The position numbers and the translations under genes are program-made. The notes below the pieces were generated by a model. The model did not search any database. It had not been told where the DNA came from and was given only the letters and a program-made list of their open reading frames with translations. A DNA stretch of 64,000 nucleotides from a virus (taxonomy: Duplodnaviria > Caudoviricetes): the IMG/VR virus record IMGVR_UViG_3300028591_000206, positions 1,941 to 65,940 of that record; one strand, given 5' to 3'. Below are positions 21,564 through 31,780 of the stretch, in pieces. The stretch's first letter is position 1, and each line of letters starts with the position of its first letter.

Positions 21564-24500
21564 TTACTCCATTAATTGTGCAAACTTGTTTTCAAGCCAA
21601 TTATCTGTAATTTTAGAATTATCTCTAGTTATATTGACTTGACCTCCGTTCAACCCAACCGTATTCATTATATTTTGATATGATTTTGAATGTAATTTAT
21701 CATAACTTTGTGCTGATACTTTAAAATTAAAACCAGAATGAGAATCATGATAAATAGTTTTATTTTGTAAAATAGAAGGCGGTGCAATTTTTGGTGCTTT
21801 TGTTTGCTTTTTAACTAACTTAGCATCAGTAGGTTCATTATCATATTCTAGGCCATTTTTGTTATTAATATTTTTAACTTCGTTTTCTACTGACTTAGGC
21901 ATTTCAACATTTTTACTGTCTTTACTGTTGAATAAAGCATGTCCAGCAAGTCCAAGTAATGCTGTTCCTCCAAGTACCATTCCACCTATTTTAATGGTTT
22001 GACGAGCATCTGGAGATAAACTTTGTATTGATTCTCCAATACCACTTGCTAAAGTTTTTCTCTTTGTCTTAGAAGTAGCTTGTCTAGCAGATTCAATAGC
22101 ATTTTCTTTAGCTTGGCCAAGAAGTTCTTCTCCAGCTTGTTCTCCAAAAGCTGTAGCTGCTTCTGGATTAAATATTGCTTTGTAACTAGTTAATAAAGTT
22201 TCTTCATTTTTAAAATTAAGCACAGTTCCAGGAGAAACATTTTTCATGTGACTTAATATTTCTTTAGTATTAGAAGCCGCTAAATATTCTATAGAATCTC
22301 TTGGTAATATTTTCAACGCTTCATCTATTTCATTATTAACTAATTGTTGTTGTACACTTACTAAGTCACGAACTCTAGCACCAGTAAATTGACCATAACC
22401 AATTCTTACATTTGAATCTATTGTAGCATCGCCAAGTTTAATTTTAAAGTTGTTGTCTCTTGTAAAAGCATTCCATCCGAATTTATGTAGCATTTCTTCT
22501 TGAGGATTAGATGCTTTTTTAATAGAATCAAAAATCTTTTTAGTAGATTCCTTGACCTCTTTTTGCCAAGCTTCTTTTGCACTTGTAAATGCATTAGTTA
22601 TTGAAGTTTGTTTTTGAATTGTACTATTATAAAAATCTTCCGCTATTTTATTAATATTAGTATCTCTAATATTGATAAAATCATTAATTTCTTGAGAAAT
22701 TGCATTTGATAATTCAATGTCTTGTACCGATCTTGTTAAAAAATCTCTATTACCAATAGTAGCTCCGCTACCTTCAAGATACTGCACTACTGTATCTAAT
22801 GCATTATCTCCAGTAATTACAGATTTTCTTGGATGCCTAGCGATATCTTTATTGATTGAACGAATCAATTCTTTTGCGTTTGTAGCTTTAGTATTTATAT
22901 TACCATGCTCAATTCCATATTGAATACGTTCATGAAGATCACGTATTCTACGTTGTAATGCATCAGCATCATTGCCAGCTATATCAGACATTACAGTTCC
23001 AAGTTTTTTGTTTATTCCTCCGTAGCCTGGTATAATTTGATTTTGTTTAATCATTCGATTAAACTCTGATTTAAATTTATTACTTTCAAAATTGTCAAAT
23101 AACCACTGTAAATTATCCTCAGTAGAGACTGCTGCTATACGTCTAGATATTGCTAACCTAGAATCTTTTGAAAGTGATAAATCTCTAATATTTAAGTTAT
23201 GTTCTGGAGTATTTGGATTAGTAACATCAAGTAATCTACGTTTATGATTAGTTTTTATATTTTCATTTAGTTCTCTAATAGTTATTGCTGGTTGACCTTT
23301 TCGTTGTCCTAAATAAATAGTTTGTTTATCTATTTCTCCAGTAGCAAAATCATAGCTAAATCCAAATGGTCTTGGAACACGATTTTTTTCACCAGTTTCT
23401 CTAAAGCCTTCAAAAATAATGCCTTCAAAACCTGTATCTGTTTGATAAGTTAATATATCTCCTTGCCTAATTGATCTACCAAACATCAAAAACTTATCAT
23501 CAGTACGTGTTTTATAAGCTTCAAGTAACATTTTTTTAGTAGGTAAGTCAAGATCGCTCCCTTGCATAAATTGTTCAAGTTTCTCTGGTGTCATATCTAA
23601 AAGACTAGGAGCAATATCTGGCATTCCATGTCTAAAAACACCTTGATAACCTTGATATGCATTTTTCATTTGAGACATTTCATACAATGCACTAATGTAT
23701 GCGCTACCTAAATCAGCATCGCTTACTGTCTTTCCCTCTTTAATAGCATCACCAACAAGTGCATTCCATTCATCAAATGTTTTAGATAAGATATGTTGCG
23801 ATATTTGATTATTAGACATTTCATTAAATGCATCACTAGTAAAAAATATTCTTCTTGACCCTTCAACTAAACTATCAAGAGCACTTAATCTTTTTTTGAT
23901 ATCAATATTTTCTGCACCATTTGCATTAGCAAATAATTTAGTTACACCTACTCTCCATGCACTTGAATTAGTAAGTTTTTCAGCATCATGAACGTGTTTA
24001 GTATCAATACCTTTTTGTTCAAGAATTGTAAGAAGCCCTCCTGGTTCATCGTTAAATGTATATAACATTTCACGAATTTGCCTTAATTTTGTCAGTTCAT
24101 CACTTCTATCTTCAGCTAGACTTTGCATATATTGCATAGCGTTTCTTATTTCAAGATTTGGTTTAGAGTAATTACCAATATACTCTTTAGCAAATCTTGC
24201 TTGAATCGCAGCTTTGATCATATCTGGATTATGTATTGAAGAACCTAACACTTCATCAAAAGCTTTATATGCTTTTCTCATACTAGATGAATGAGCAATT
24301 AAAAGTTCTTTTATATCACTATATTCATCTTTTTCAAGCACATCCAACATGTCTTTAGGCATAGCTCCAAGAAATTTTGAAGCCGCTCTATTATATTCTG
24401 TACTTTTAAGGTCTTTTAATAAACTAGCTTTGAAATATGCTTCATCGCCGTATCTATATTCTTTGATAGAATCTTTAAGTGAATTTGCAAAAACATTTAA

Positions 24501-27500
24501 GTTAAATGAATTCATTTTATCAAATTGTGCATTTAACCTAATAGCTTCTTCTGAATTTTTAGCAAGTAATCCACCATTAGCTAAGAATTTTATAAATTCA
24601 TTATCTCCATCAAAATCAAGGTTTTGAAAAACACTAAATTGAGGGCCAAGGAATCTTATTTCTTTGCCTTTTATAGTTTCATCAAAATATATTCTAACTG
24701 GAAGGATACCAGTTTCATTAAAGAAAGGATAACGACCAACCATTCCAAGTATGCCGACTTCTTTTGCATATCTTTTACCAAGGTCATCAAAAATAGATTG
24801 GACATCTAATAAAAACTTTCTCTTAGATTCTTCAGAAAGTTTTCTATTAAGTGATTTAACAACAGTATCATCAAGACTTTCAAGACTACTACTTACTTTA
24901 AAATTATCACTTTTAAGATAATCTTCTAGTCTTTTAAAGAATATATTAGTAGCTTTTATATGCCTTTCTCCATTTTGCATTTTAATATTAGGGTCTAATA
25001 ACTTATGCATCGCATCTCTTGTTTTATTCATCCATTCTTTATGTTCCGTACCATCAAATGTTTGAAAAAACTTTTCTTCAAATATCTTTTCAAATTCACT
25101 ATTACTAATAATAAAATCAGATATTTGTTTTTCAGTTCTGCTTAAAGCATCGTAATTTTTTAAACCTCTTTTCTGACTAGAGAAATAATCTCTTAAAATC
25201 TCCATGCCAATATTACCAGGGTCCATTTCTGTTCCACGAAGTATATCTTCTCCAACAACAATGGCATTTTCAATAACATTACCAACTAATTTACCGTTTT
25301 TATCAAAATGTCTTAGATATTGTTCATATAAACGATTATTAGATGTTATGTTTAATAGACTAACAACATCATCTGTTATTTCAGCATTTTTAATGCTCAT
25401 TTTAGTGGCATTAAGTAAGTCATATCTGTTTTTATTTAATTTTAAATATTTATCCCAATCATCTGGATTAATTGCTTGATTCATATCAAGAGCATGAGTA
25501 AGATTATATGTTGTTTCTCTAAGTTCTCTTATTTCAGACACTGGTAATTCTAATGTTGGAACTATAGCATCTTTAGCTAATGCACCCGATGAATTTGGCA
25601 TCTTCATTTTATAAAAGGCTTTAGTAACTAATGAATCTTTATTTCCAGTACTTAATTCATCATCATAAGCATCAAATAAATCATTCAATGCGTCTTGAAT
25701 AGCTTTTGAATTATCTGTATTAGGTTTTAAGTCTTGTAGTTTTCTAAAAAACCTCATTGTTTTTTTAGTAGACTCTCCAAGAAACATTTCTTCTGAATCT
25801 GTGCGGACATAATGAAATGGTAATACTATTCCAGTTAAGTTTTTGTTTCCTTTAAATTCAAATTTACCATAATCTGAAAGGTCTAAATAAAAACTATTAC
25901 TATTAAATGCTAATTGGACATTATTATTATTCTGAATAGCTAAAGCTTTAATGTAATCTGTTGGTTCAGAATTTACTTTAAAGATAAAGTTAGCATATGA
26001 TTCTGCGCCACCACCTTTTGGTATGTTAGATAATAAATCTTTAGCATTTACATTAATCATATTCTTTTTTGATACATCAAGAGCTCCATGAACATAATCA
26101 AAGGATTCTAATAATCCAGTGAACATATTCATCTCATCTTTAGGGCTTAATTTACCTCTTCTATTTCTTACGATATCAGCCCATACTTTATTGATTTGTT
26201 TATAATCTTTCTTATTATAAATTAAACCAGCAATATTTTTATCATATTCTCCACTCTGAATATTTTCTCTTATTAATTCTGCAAGTTCTGCTCCATAACG
26301 TTCTGCTTTTTTATCATATTTAATTTTATATGTAATTTTTCCATCTATTATTTCTCTTATATTTGTTCTATCTTGCATTGAAAGAGCTTGATAAAATCTT
26401 TGGTCAATTTTAAAAGCTTGACCTTGGAAAGTATTCATTTGTTGTCTTTGAATAGATTGCATTGCAATATTATTCTTTTCAAATGAATCTATAATATTAA
26501 TTGCTTCTTGAGCTTTAGAATCTTTACTTAGTCTTAATCTATCAGTAAGTTCGTCAAGAACATTTGTTGCACCATTATCTAATGGATTATCAAACATCAA
26601 TGCGTCCTGTACAGGGTTATATGATAAATGACTCATTAATGTAGAACCATCTTTAAATTTAATAGCTCCACTACGTCCATCAAAAGAGCCATCCATGAAT
26701 GAATATAAAGTATTAATATCTTCTTCACTCTTAAATACTGATCTAATAATGTTCCATCTAGAATCTATAGCTGTATCGCTTAAGTGTTTTATAATATTAT
26801 TATTGCCTATTAAAACAGTTTTTAATCTAGTATCATTTGTTCTTGTAAAAGCATCAAAAACAGCATCTGAATATTGATTCATTAACGCAACATTCTTTTT
26901 TAGAGAACCTTGGTTTTCTAAACCAATAGTCGTCATTAAATCAATAATTTCTTTTTCTCTTTTAGCTGGGTCTAATGAAGTATAATAAGATAATGTCTCA
27001 ATTGTTGCTTTTTCTTCTCCAAACATGCCTTTAAAACCTTCAAGCTGTCTTTCCATTACAGCCAAGGTTTTTCCCATATTTGCAAGTTCTTCAGCGTTTT
27101 GTTCTGTAAACTTATGTATAGTCTGACCATTATATATAATATCTTGCCAGTGTTTTGAACCATTTTTACTTTTTACAAGTCTACGTCCTATTACAGTTCC
27201 GTTTTCAACTTTATTACCAACAAGTCCAGATAATATTCCAGATGTTTCTCTTATTTCTGGTTCTGAACCTAATTCAAAAATAGAACGTACTTGTGGCGAT
27301 TTAACAGTTTTAGGATCGCCTAATGCGAAGAAATCTTGATTAGCAAGAGAAGGTCTCATATAAGCTTTGCCTTCATATGTATTAATGTCTTTTGCCATTC
27401 TATCATATAGTTCAGATAAAGCTTTTTGATTAAGATTCCCAAATTTATTTTGTAAAAATACTAATGCTTCATCTTTTCCATGTCTAATTTCAGCATCACT

Positions 27501-30500
27501 AATAGACTGTACTGCACCTATAATATTTCTACGAGATGCAGTACGAGCATTGAACTGTTCACCAGCAGCACTAATAACTTGTTTATCCATGCTTTCGATT
27601 GAATCGAAATATTGTTTTGATGTATATAAATCACCAAAATGTATTCCAAGATTATTTTCAAGTTCTTGAGGATTATCAAAGAACATTTCATCTAATCTAT
27701 AACTTCTATAATTATCCCTTTGTGAATATGTAGGACGCATTTGAAGAGATGACCTACTATTATTCATCATTGCTGGAGCATAATTAACAAGCATTGTAGT
27801 ATTATGTGCAAAAGACTCACTATAAACAGCATTTAAATGAACTCTATTAGCAATAACATCTAATCCATAAGCTACTTCATCAGAAACATATCCATTTGAT
27901 TCTGAAGCTTGTGCCATAATTTGTAACAAACTTTTATCTCTCAAAGCACGAATTGCGTCAACTTCTATTGGGTCAAGAGATTTATATTTATTATTTAAAA
28001 TATTTTGTATAACGTTAGAATCAGCTCCTATACCACCAGTTTGAATAGTTAAATGTTTTTGATAAAAACCTTTAAATGGTTCAGAATTATATACTTTTTC
28101 TAATGGATTTTTTAAATAAAGATTTTTAGTGTCATAATTATTATGTAAATCATATTGTTCTGCAAATGCTTTATAGATACCTCTAATAGCATTTTCTGCT
28201 TGTAATGATGACTCTGAAGAAGCAGCTGTATATGCTTTATCAGTTGTTAACAAACGCATAATATCTCTTATACCGATATTTCCCTCTCCAGGGTCAATAG
28301 CGATAGCATGAGCATAACTTACATCCTTTGTTGATACTGAATGCATTCTAGCTAATTCACCACGTAAATTATAAGTTCCACTTATTTGAGGTGAAGCTTC
28401 TTCTGTCATTCTAGAAATATTAGGATTATTAAACTTAGCATTAGCTAATCCAAAATTTTCTTCTGAAGTAGCTGCATAGGCTTCATCTGCTCTTTGTCTT
28501 ATACTTGTAACAAAAGAACTGCCTTGATCTTTTATGCCTCCTCTAAGTACGTCATCTTTTTCATATACATTAAAAGAAAATGTATCATATCTATAAAAAT
28601 CATCTCCTTGTTTTACAAACACAGCTCTAGCTCCATGTCCTTCGTGCAGAACTCCGTTTTTATCAATATACGAAGATAATGCTTTGATATCTGCGTCTTC
28701 ACCAAGATCAAATTGTTTAAGATATGGTATTTCAAAATAAGATGCCATGCCTGTTAAAGCATCTTTTACTTGTCTATTAGTAGCATTAGGCTTAAGATTG
28801 GATAATGTATCAACTGTTTTAGAATAATATTTATCTGTAGTAAAAATTGCAAATGCAGATGCTTCTTCTCCTTGAGAACGATAAAATAAAGGTCTAATTT
28901 GTTTACTAGGCTCTAATCCTTCATTAAAGTTTTTAATTGCTGACTTCCATGTACTTTTAGCATTAGAATAGTAAATCATTCCAAATTCTGAAATGGCCTG
29001 TTCATTATAACCCATGCCAGATAATGTATTTGATATCCTTGAAAAATCATTATCAAATGATCCAGAAATAAGAGTGGTTCCACTTAAATGCTCTATTACA
29101 TTATTGAAAGACGAAACTAATTCTTTAGAAAGAGAATTGCCACTGACATTACTCATTTCTGAAGTTGCACTTTCAATGAAACGTTTATTATCTTTATTGA
29201 TTAATTTATTGATTAAACTTTCATCAATGTTATAAGCTTCAGCTAATTCTTGTCTATTGAATACTTTTTCTTCAAGACTTTCTTGTATAAATCCTACAGT
29301 ATCATTTCCTAAATCAGTTACATCTGATAAGTCTGCACGTAAATGACTAACAATAGCATCTGCTGTATGGAAAGGATTTTCAACCGCTCCATAATTATCT
29401 TGAATAGTTTTAAAAGCTTCTTTGGATAATAAGTCTCTTTCACGTAAATTTTCTGCAACTTTAATAAGCCTTGCAGAATTCTGTTTTCCTGTAAGGTTCT
29501 TGTCTGTAAAAGCTCTTAATAATTGTGTTGCACCATTACTATTCTCACTAATGTCAATTCTCGCAGATGAGCCATTACCTTTATCAATTGATACACTGAA
29601 TAAATCATGTATACTATATGAATTCCATTTAGATGGAGTAGTACGTGTAACAGAATTAGATTCAATATATAATTTTTTTAATTCATTAAATGCTATTGTT
29701 TGAGAAAGACTATTATTTAAAGGTTCAAGATTTTTATATGAATATTCAAAAAAATCTTTGTTCTTCTCAAAAATATCAAAAGCATGTTCCATTTTAAGTG
29801 GAATGTCATATGCTTCAATAGCAAGGTCATGATGACTAAGTTTTGTAGAACGTTTAGTTGTACTAAATACATTAACTACATTAGTTAAATCATTCTCTCT
29901 TGCATATTTAATAATATTCTCAGCATTATTTTCAGCATTAATGTTTTTAAGTAATACTCTTGATGTATTAATCTTATTTCCATTAACATCAAAAACATTC
30001 ATGCTTGAAACAGCGTCATCTGATAATGATGCTAAGTCTTGATATGCTTTATAATATTTTTTAAAAGACGTAAATCCACCATCGTCTTTAGTTACTTGAC
30101 CATGTTCAAAGAATCCATCTATAACTCTTCTAGCAACATCTCTGTCATGAACTGCTGCTTGTAATCCAAGATTAGCTTCTGATTTATTAACTAAAGTAGT
30201 ATATTTTTCAAAATATCTCTGTGCGTCTTCTTCATTCGCGAATGCTTTATATAAAGTCATATCTTTATGATGCACAGATTGTAATTTTACAATATATTGA
30301 TTGGCTGTATCTTTTATTGTTTTAGTTTGTTTATTTACATCTTCTATACTAAATCCAGTATAATCAGATTGGCCAAATCCAGTAAAAGTCCAATATTCAT
30401 TAGAGACTTGATGGCCATTGGTTACTTTATCACTAACAACAAGTAAATCTTGATGTCTGATATTACCTTTAGCATTAATTTTTATATAAGAGTCTTCAAG

Positions 30501-31769
30501 CTTTAATGTATTTGGATTAGATTGAACGTTATGTATTACATCTAAAGCTTTATCCGTAATGTTAAAATGAGTAGCTCTTGAATAATTGTTGGTTTCAATA
30601 TCGTTACCTATGTTTTCTATAAATCGTAAAACAGCAAGGTTATCTTCATATGCTATGTGAGCTTGCCCTTCTGCGTAAGTAGTTCCGTTTAACATAGCTT
30701 CTGTAACAGCTTCAAGAGAATTTAATCTAGGATTAGTAACACTAGGATTGACTTGTTTTACAATTTCACTGGCCGCAATATTATTTTGCTGTGCATATGC
30801 TTTAGCAGCATGATATGTATCTGCATATTGCAAGTTTTCTTGTAGTTTTGTTAGATTATGCTTATTAGCATATCTATTTAAAGTCTTTACATCAAAAGAA
30901 AGATTTTGTCCAACTATTACGCTGTTCTTTTTTGTTGTAAAGTCATTTAAATATTCAATTAAACCTTTTATTTGATCATCTCTATCTGTATTATAATGAG
31001 CGGCCATTGCTTCTATACCAGATTTAATATCTTCAACACTATCTGGTTTAGAAACATTTAATTGTTCAATAAAAGTAAATGTTTTATTATTCCATTCTCT
31101 TTCAACAGTTCTAAATCCATTAGGACCTAATGTACTATGACGAGAAGCTCTTTCCATGGCTGATGCTTCTGTTGAAGTGAGAGTTTCTCCTTTTATTTTC
31201 TTTTGTAAAACATCTTCAAGCCATTGTTTTTGTTCAGAATCGATACCAAAAAAGAACGATCCTTGTGGGTCAGCAATTTGATGAGCTCTGCTAAAATTCT
31301 TACTTACATAACCTTTATGGTGTTTTATTGTAAAAGCAATTTCTGTAATACCAGCAACATCAATAGCTCTATTATGAGCTACTCCAGCTTCATCAAGATA
31401 ATTAGTAGCTTCATTTATAAAATCACCAATTGTCTCTGTATCAAGCGCAAGAATATTGCCTCCATTTTTTAAAATATTATCAAGGTCAAACCAAGCTTGT
31501 CTGTTACGCCATATATTAGAAACATCATAGTTTTTAACATAATTAAATTTATTTGGACCTTGAAAGTCTTTTAAATTACTAAAATTAGCAAGCTTTGTAG
31601 CCCAGAATACATCACGAGCTTTCCAATATTCTGTAAAATATTTATCTGGTTTAGCTCCAATGCTGTTATAAAAATATTCTTTATTCATCCAGTTTAAGCT
31701 AGGATTATTATCAGTATAAGCAAATGTATCTGGTGCTTCATATTGACTTCCAAATAAATTAATAGGCAT
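21564..31769 (-). CDS. ~3400-aa putative virion RNA polymerase (two-barrel/DPBB type, single chain) with N-terminal DEDDh exonuclease and C-terminal hydrophobic helix
   Basis: NLDFDGD at 24603-24623, preceded by GRYP at 24726-24737 (beta'-type R-x-P ... NADFDGD spacing); beta-like segments YEGKAYMRPSLA (~27345-27380) and FKGMFGEEKAT (~27005-27035); ExoI DTET (31431-31442), ExoII GQNLSFD, ExoIII HIAYED. Start moved from TTG 31784 to ATG 31769, which has a GAGGAG RBS. Confidence 0.75.
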   Translation of the reverse strand: MPINLFGSQYEAPDTFAYTDNNPSLNWMNKEYFYNSIGAKPDKYFTEYWKARDVFWATKLANFSNLKDFQGPNKFNYVKNYDVSNIWRNRQAWFDLDNILKNGGNILALDTETIGDFINEATNYLDEAGVAHNRAIDVAGITEIAFTIKHHKGYVSKNFSRAHQIADPQGSFFFGIDSEQKQWLEDVLQKKIKGETLTSTEASAMERASRHSTLGPNGFRTVEREWNNKTFTFIEQLNVSKPDSVEDIKSGIEAMAAHYNTDRDDQIKGLIEYLNDFTTKKNSVIVGQNLSFDVKTLNRYANKHNLTKLQENLQYADTYHAAKAYAQQNNIAASEIVKQVNPSVTNPRLNSLEAVTEAMLNGTTYAEGQAHIAYEDNLAVLRFIENIGNDIETNNYSRATHFNITDKALDVIHNVQSNPNTLKLEDSYIKINAKGNIRHQDLLVVSDKVTNGHQVSNEYWTFTGFGQSDYTGFSIEDVNKQTKTIKDTANQYIVKLQSVHHKDMTLYKAFANEEDAQRYFEKYTTLVNKSEANLGLQAAVHDRDVARRVIDGFFEHGQVTKDDGGFTSFKKYYKAYQDLASLSDDAVSSMNVFDVNGNKINTSRVLLKNINAENNAENIIKYARENDLTNVVNVFSTTKRSTKLSHHDLAIEAYDIPLKMEHAFDIFEKNKDFFEYSYKNLEPLNNSLSQTIAFNELKKLYIESNSVTRTTPSKWNSYSIHDLFSVSIDKGNGSSARIDISENSNGATQLLRAFTDKNLTGKQNSARLIKVAENLRERDLLSKEAFKTIQDNYGAVENPFHTADAIVSHLRADLSDVTDLGNDTVGFIQESLEEKVFNRQELAEAYNIDESLINKLINKDNKRFIESATSEMSNVSGNSLSKELVSSFNNVIEHLSGTTLISGSFDNDFSRISNTLSGMGYNEQAISEFGMIYYSNAKSTWKSAIKNFNEGLEPSKQIRPLFYRSQGEEASAFAIFTTDKYYSKTVDTLSNLKPNATNRQVKDALTGMASYFEIPYLKQFDLGEDADIKALSSYIDKNGVLHEGHGARAVFVKQGDDFYRYDTFSFNVYEKDDVLRGGIKDQGSSFVTSIRQRADEAYAATSEENFGLANAKFNNPNISRMTEEASPQISGTYNLRGELARMHSVSTKDVSYAHAIAIDPGEGNIGIRDIMRLLTTDKAYTAASSESSLQAENAIRGIYKAFAEQYDLHNNYDTKNLYLKNPLEKVYNSEPFKGFYQKHLTIQTGGIGADSNVIQNILNNKYKSLDPIEVDAIRALRDKSLLQIMAQASESNGYVSDEVAYGLDVIANRVHLNAVYSESFAHNTTMLVNYAPAMMNNSRSSLQMRPTYSQRDNYRSYRLDEMFFDNPQELENNLGIHFGDLYTSKQYFDSIESMDKQVISAAGEQFNARTASRRNIIGAVQSISDAEIRHGKDEALVFLQNKFGNLNQKALSELYDRMAKDINTYEGKAYMRPSLANQDFFALGDPKTVKSPQVRSIFELGSEPEIRETSGILSGLVGNKVENGTVIGRRLVKSKNGSKHWQDIIYNGQTIHKFTEQNAEELANMGKTLAVMERQLEGFKGMFGEEKATIETLSYYTSLDPAKREKEIIDLMTTIGLENQGSLKKNVALMNQYSDAVFDAFTRTNDTRLKTVLIGNNNIIKHLSDTAIDSRWNIIRSVFKSEEDINTLYSFMDGSFDGRSGAIKFKDGSTLMSHLSYNPVQDALMFDNPLDNGATNVLDELTDRLRLSKDSKAQEAINIIDSFEKNNIAMQSIQRQQMNTFQGQAFKIDQRFYQALSMQDRTNIREIIDGKITYKIKYDKKAERYGAELAELIRENIQSGEYDKNIAGLIYNKKDYKQINKVWADIVRNRRGKLSPKDEMNMFTGLLESFDYVHGALDVSKKNMINVNAKDLLSNIPKGGGAESYANFIFKVNSEPTDYIKALAIQNNNNVQLAFNSNSFYLDLSDYGKFEFKGNKNLTGIVLPFHYVRTDSEEMFLGESTKKTMRFFRKLQDLKPNTDNSKAIQDALNDLFDAYDDELSTGNKDSLVTKAFYKMKMPNSSGALAKDAIVPTLELPVSEIRELRETTYNLTHALDMNQAINPDDWDKYLKLNKNRYDLLNATKMSIKNAEITDDVVSLLNITSNNRLYEQYLRHFDKNGKLVGNVIENAIVVGEDILRGTEMDPGNIGMEILRDYFSSQKRGLKNYDALSRTEKQISDFIISNSEFEKIFEEKFFQTFDGTEHKEWMNKTRDAMHKLLDPNIKMQNGERHIKATNIFFKRLEDYLKSDNFKVSSSLESLDDTVVKSLNRKLSEESKRKFLLDVQSIFDDLGKRYAKEVGILGMVGRYPFFNETGILPVRIYFDETIKGKEIRFLGPQFSVFQNLDFDGDNEFIKFLANGGLLAKNSEEAIRLNAQFDKMNSFNLNVFANSLKDSIKEYRYGDEAYFKASLLKDLKSTEYNRAASKFLGAMPKDMLDVLEKDEYSDIKELLIAHSSSMRKAYKAFDEVLGSSIHNPDMIKAAIQARFAKEYIGNYSKPNLEIRNAMQYMQSLAEDRSDELTKLRQIREMLYTFNDEPGGLLTILEQKGIDTKHVHDAEKLTNSSAWRVGVTKLFANANGAENIDIKKRLSALDSLVEGSRRIFFTSDAFNEMSNNQISQHILSKTFDEWNALVGDAIKEGKTVSDADLGSAYISALYEMSQMKNAYQGYQGVFRHGMPDIAPSLLDMTPEKLEQFMQGSDLDLPTKKMLLEAYKTRTDDKFLMFGRSIRQGDILTYQTDTGFEGIIFEGFRETGEKNRVPRPFGFSYDFATGEIDKQTIYLGQRKGQPAITIRELNENIKTNHKRRLLDVTNPNTPEHNLNIRDLSLSKDSRLAISRRIAAVSTEDNLQWLFDNFESNKFKSEFNRMIKQNQIIPGYGGINKKLGTVMSDIAGNDADALQRRIRDLHERIQYGIEHGNINTKATNAKELIRSINKDIARHPRKSVITGDNALDTVVQYLEGSGATIGNRDFLTRSVQDIELSNAISQEINDFINIRDTNINKIAEDFYNSTIQKQTSITNAFTSAKEAWQKEVKESTKKIFDSIKKASNPQEEMLHKFGWNAFTRDNNFKIKLGDATIDSNVRIGYGQFTGARVRDLVSVQQQLVNNEIDEALKILPRDSIEYLAASNTKEILSHMKNVSPGTVLNFKNEETLLTSYKAIFNPEAATAFGEQAGEELLGQAKENAIESARQATSKTKRKTLASGIGESIQSLSPDARQTIKIGGMVLGGTALLGLAGHALFNSKDSKNVEMPKSVENEVKNINNKNGLEYDNEPTDAKLVKKQTKAPKIAPPSILQNKTIYHDSHSGFNFKVSAQSYDKLHSKSYQNIMNTVGLNGGQVNITRDNSKITDNWLENKFAQLME

Positions 31770-31780
31770 ATTATTTCTCC

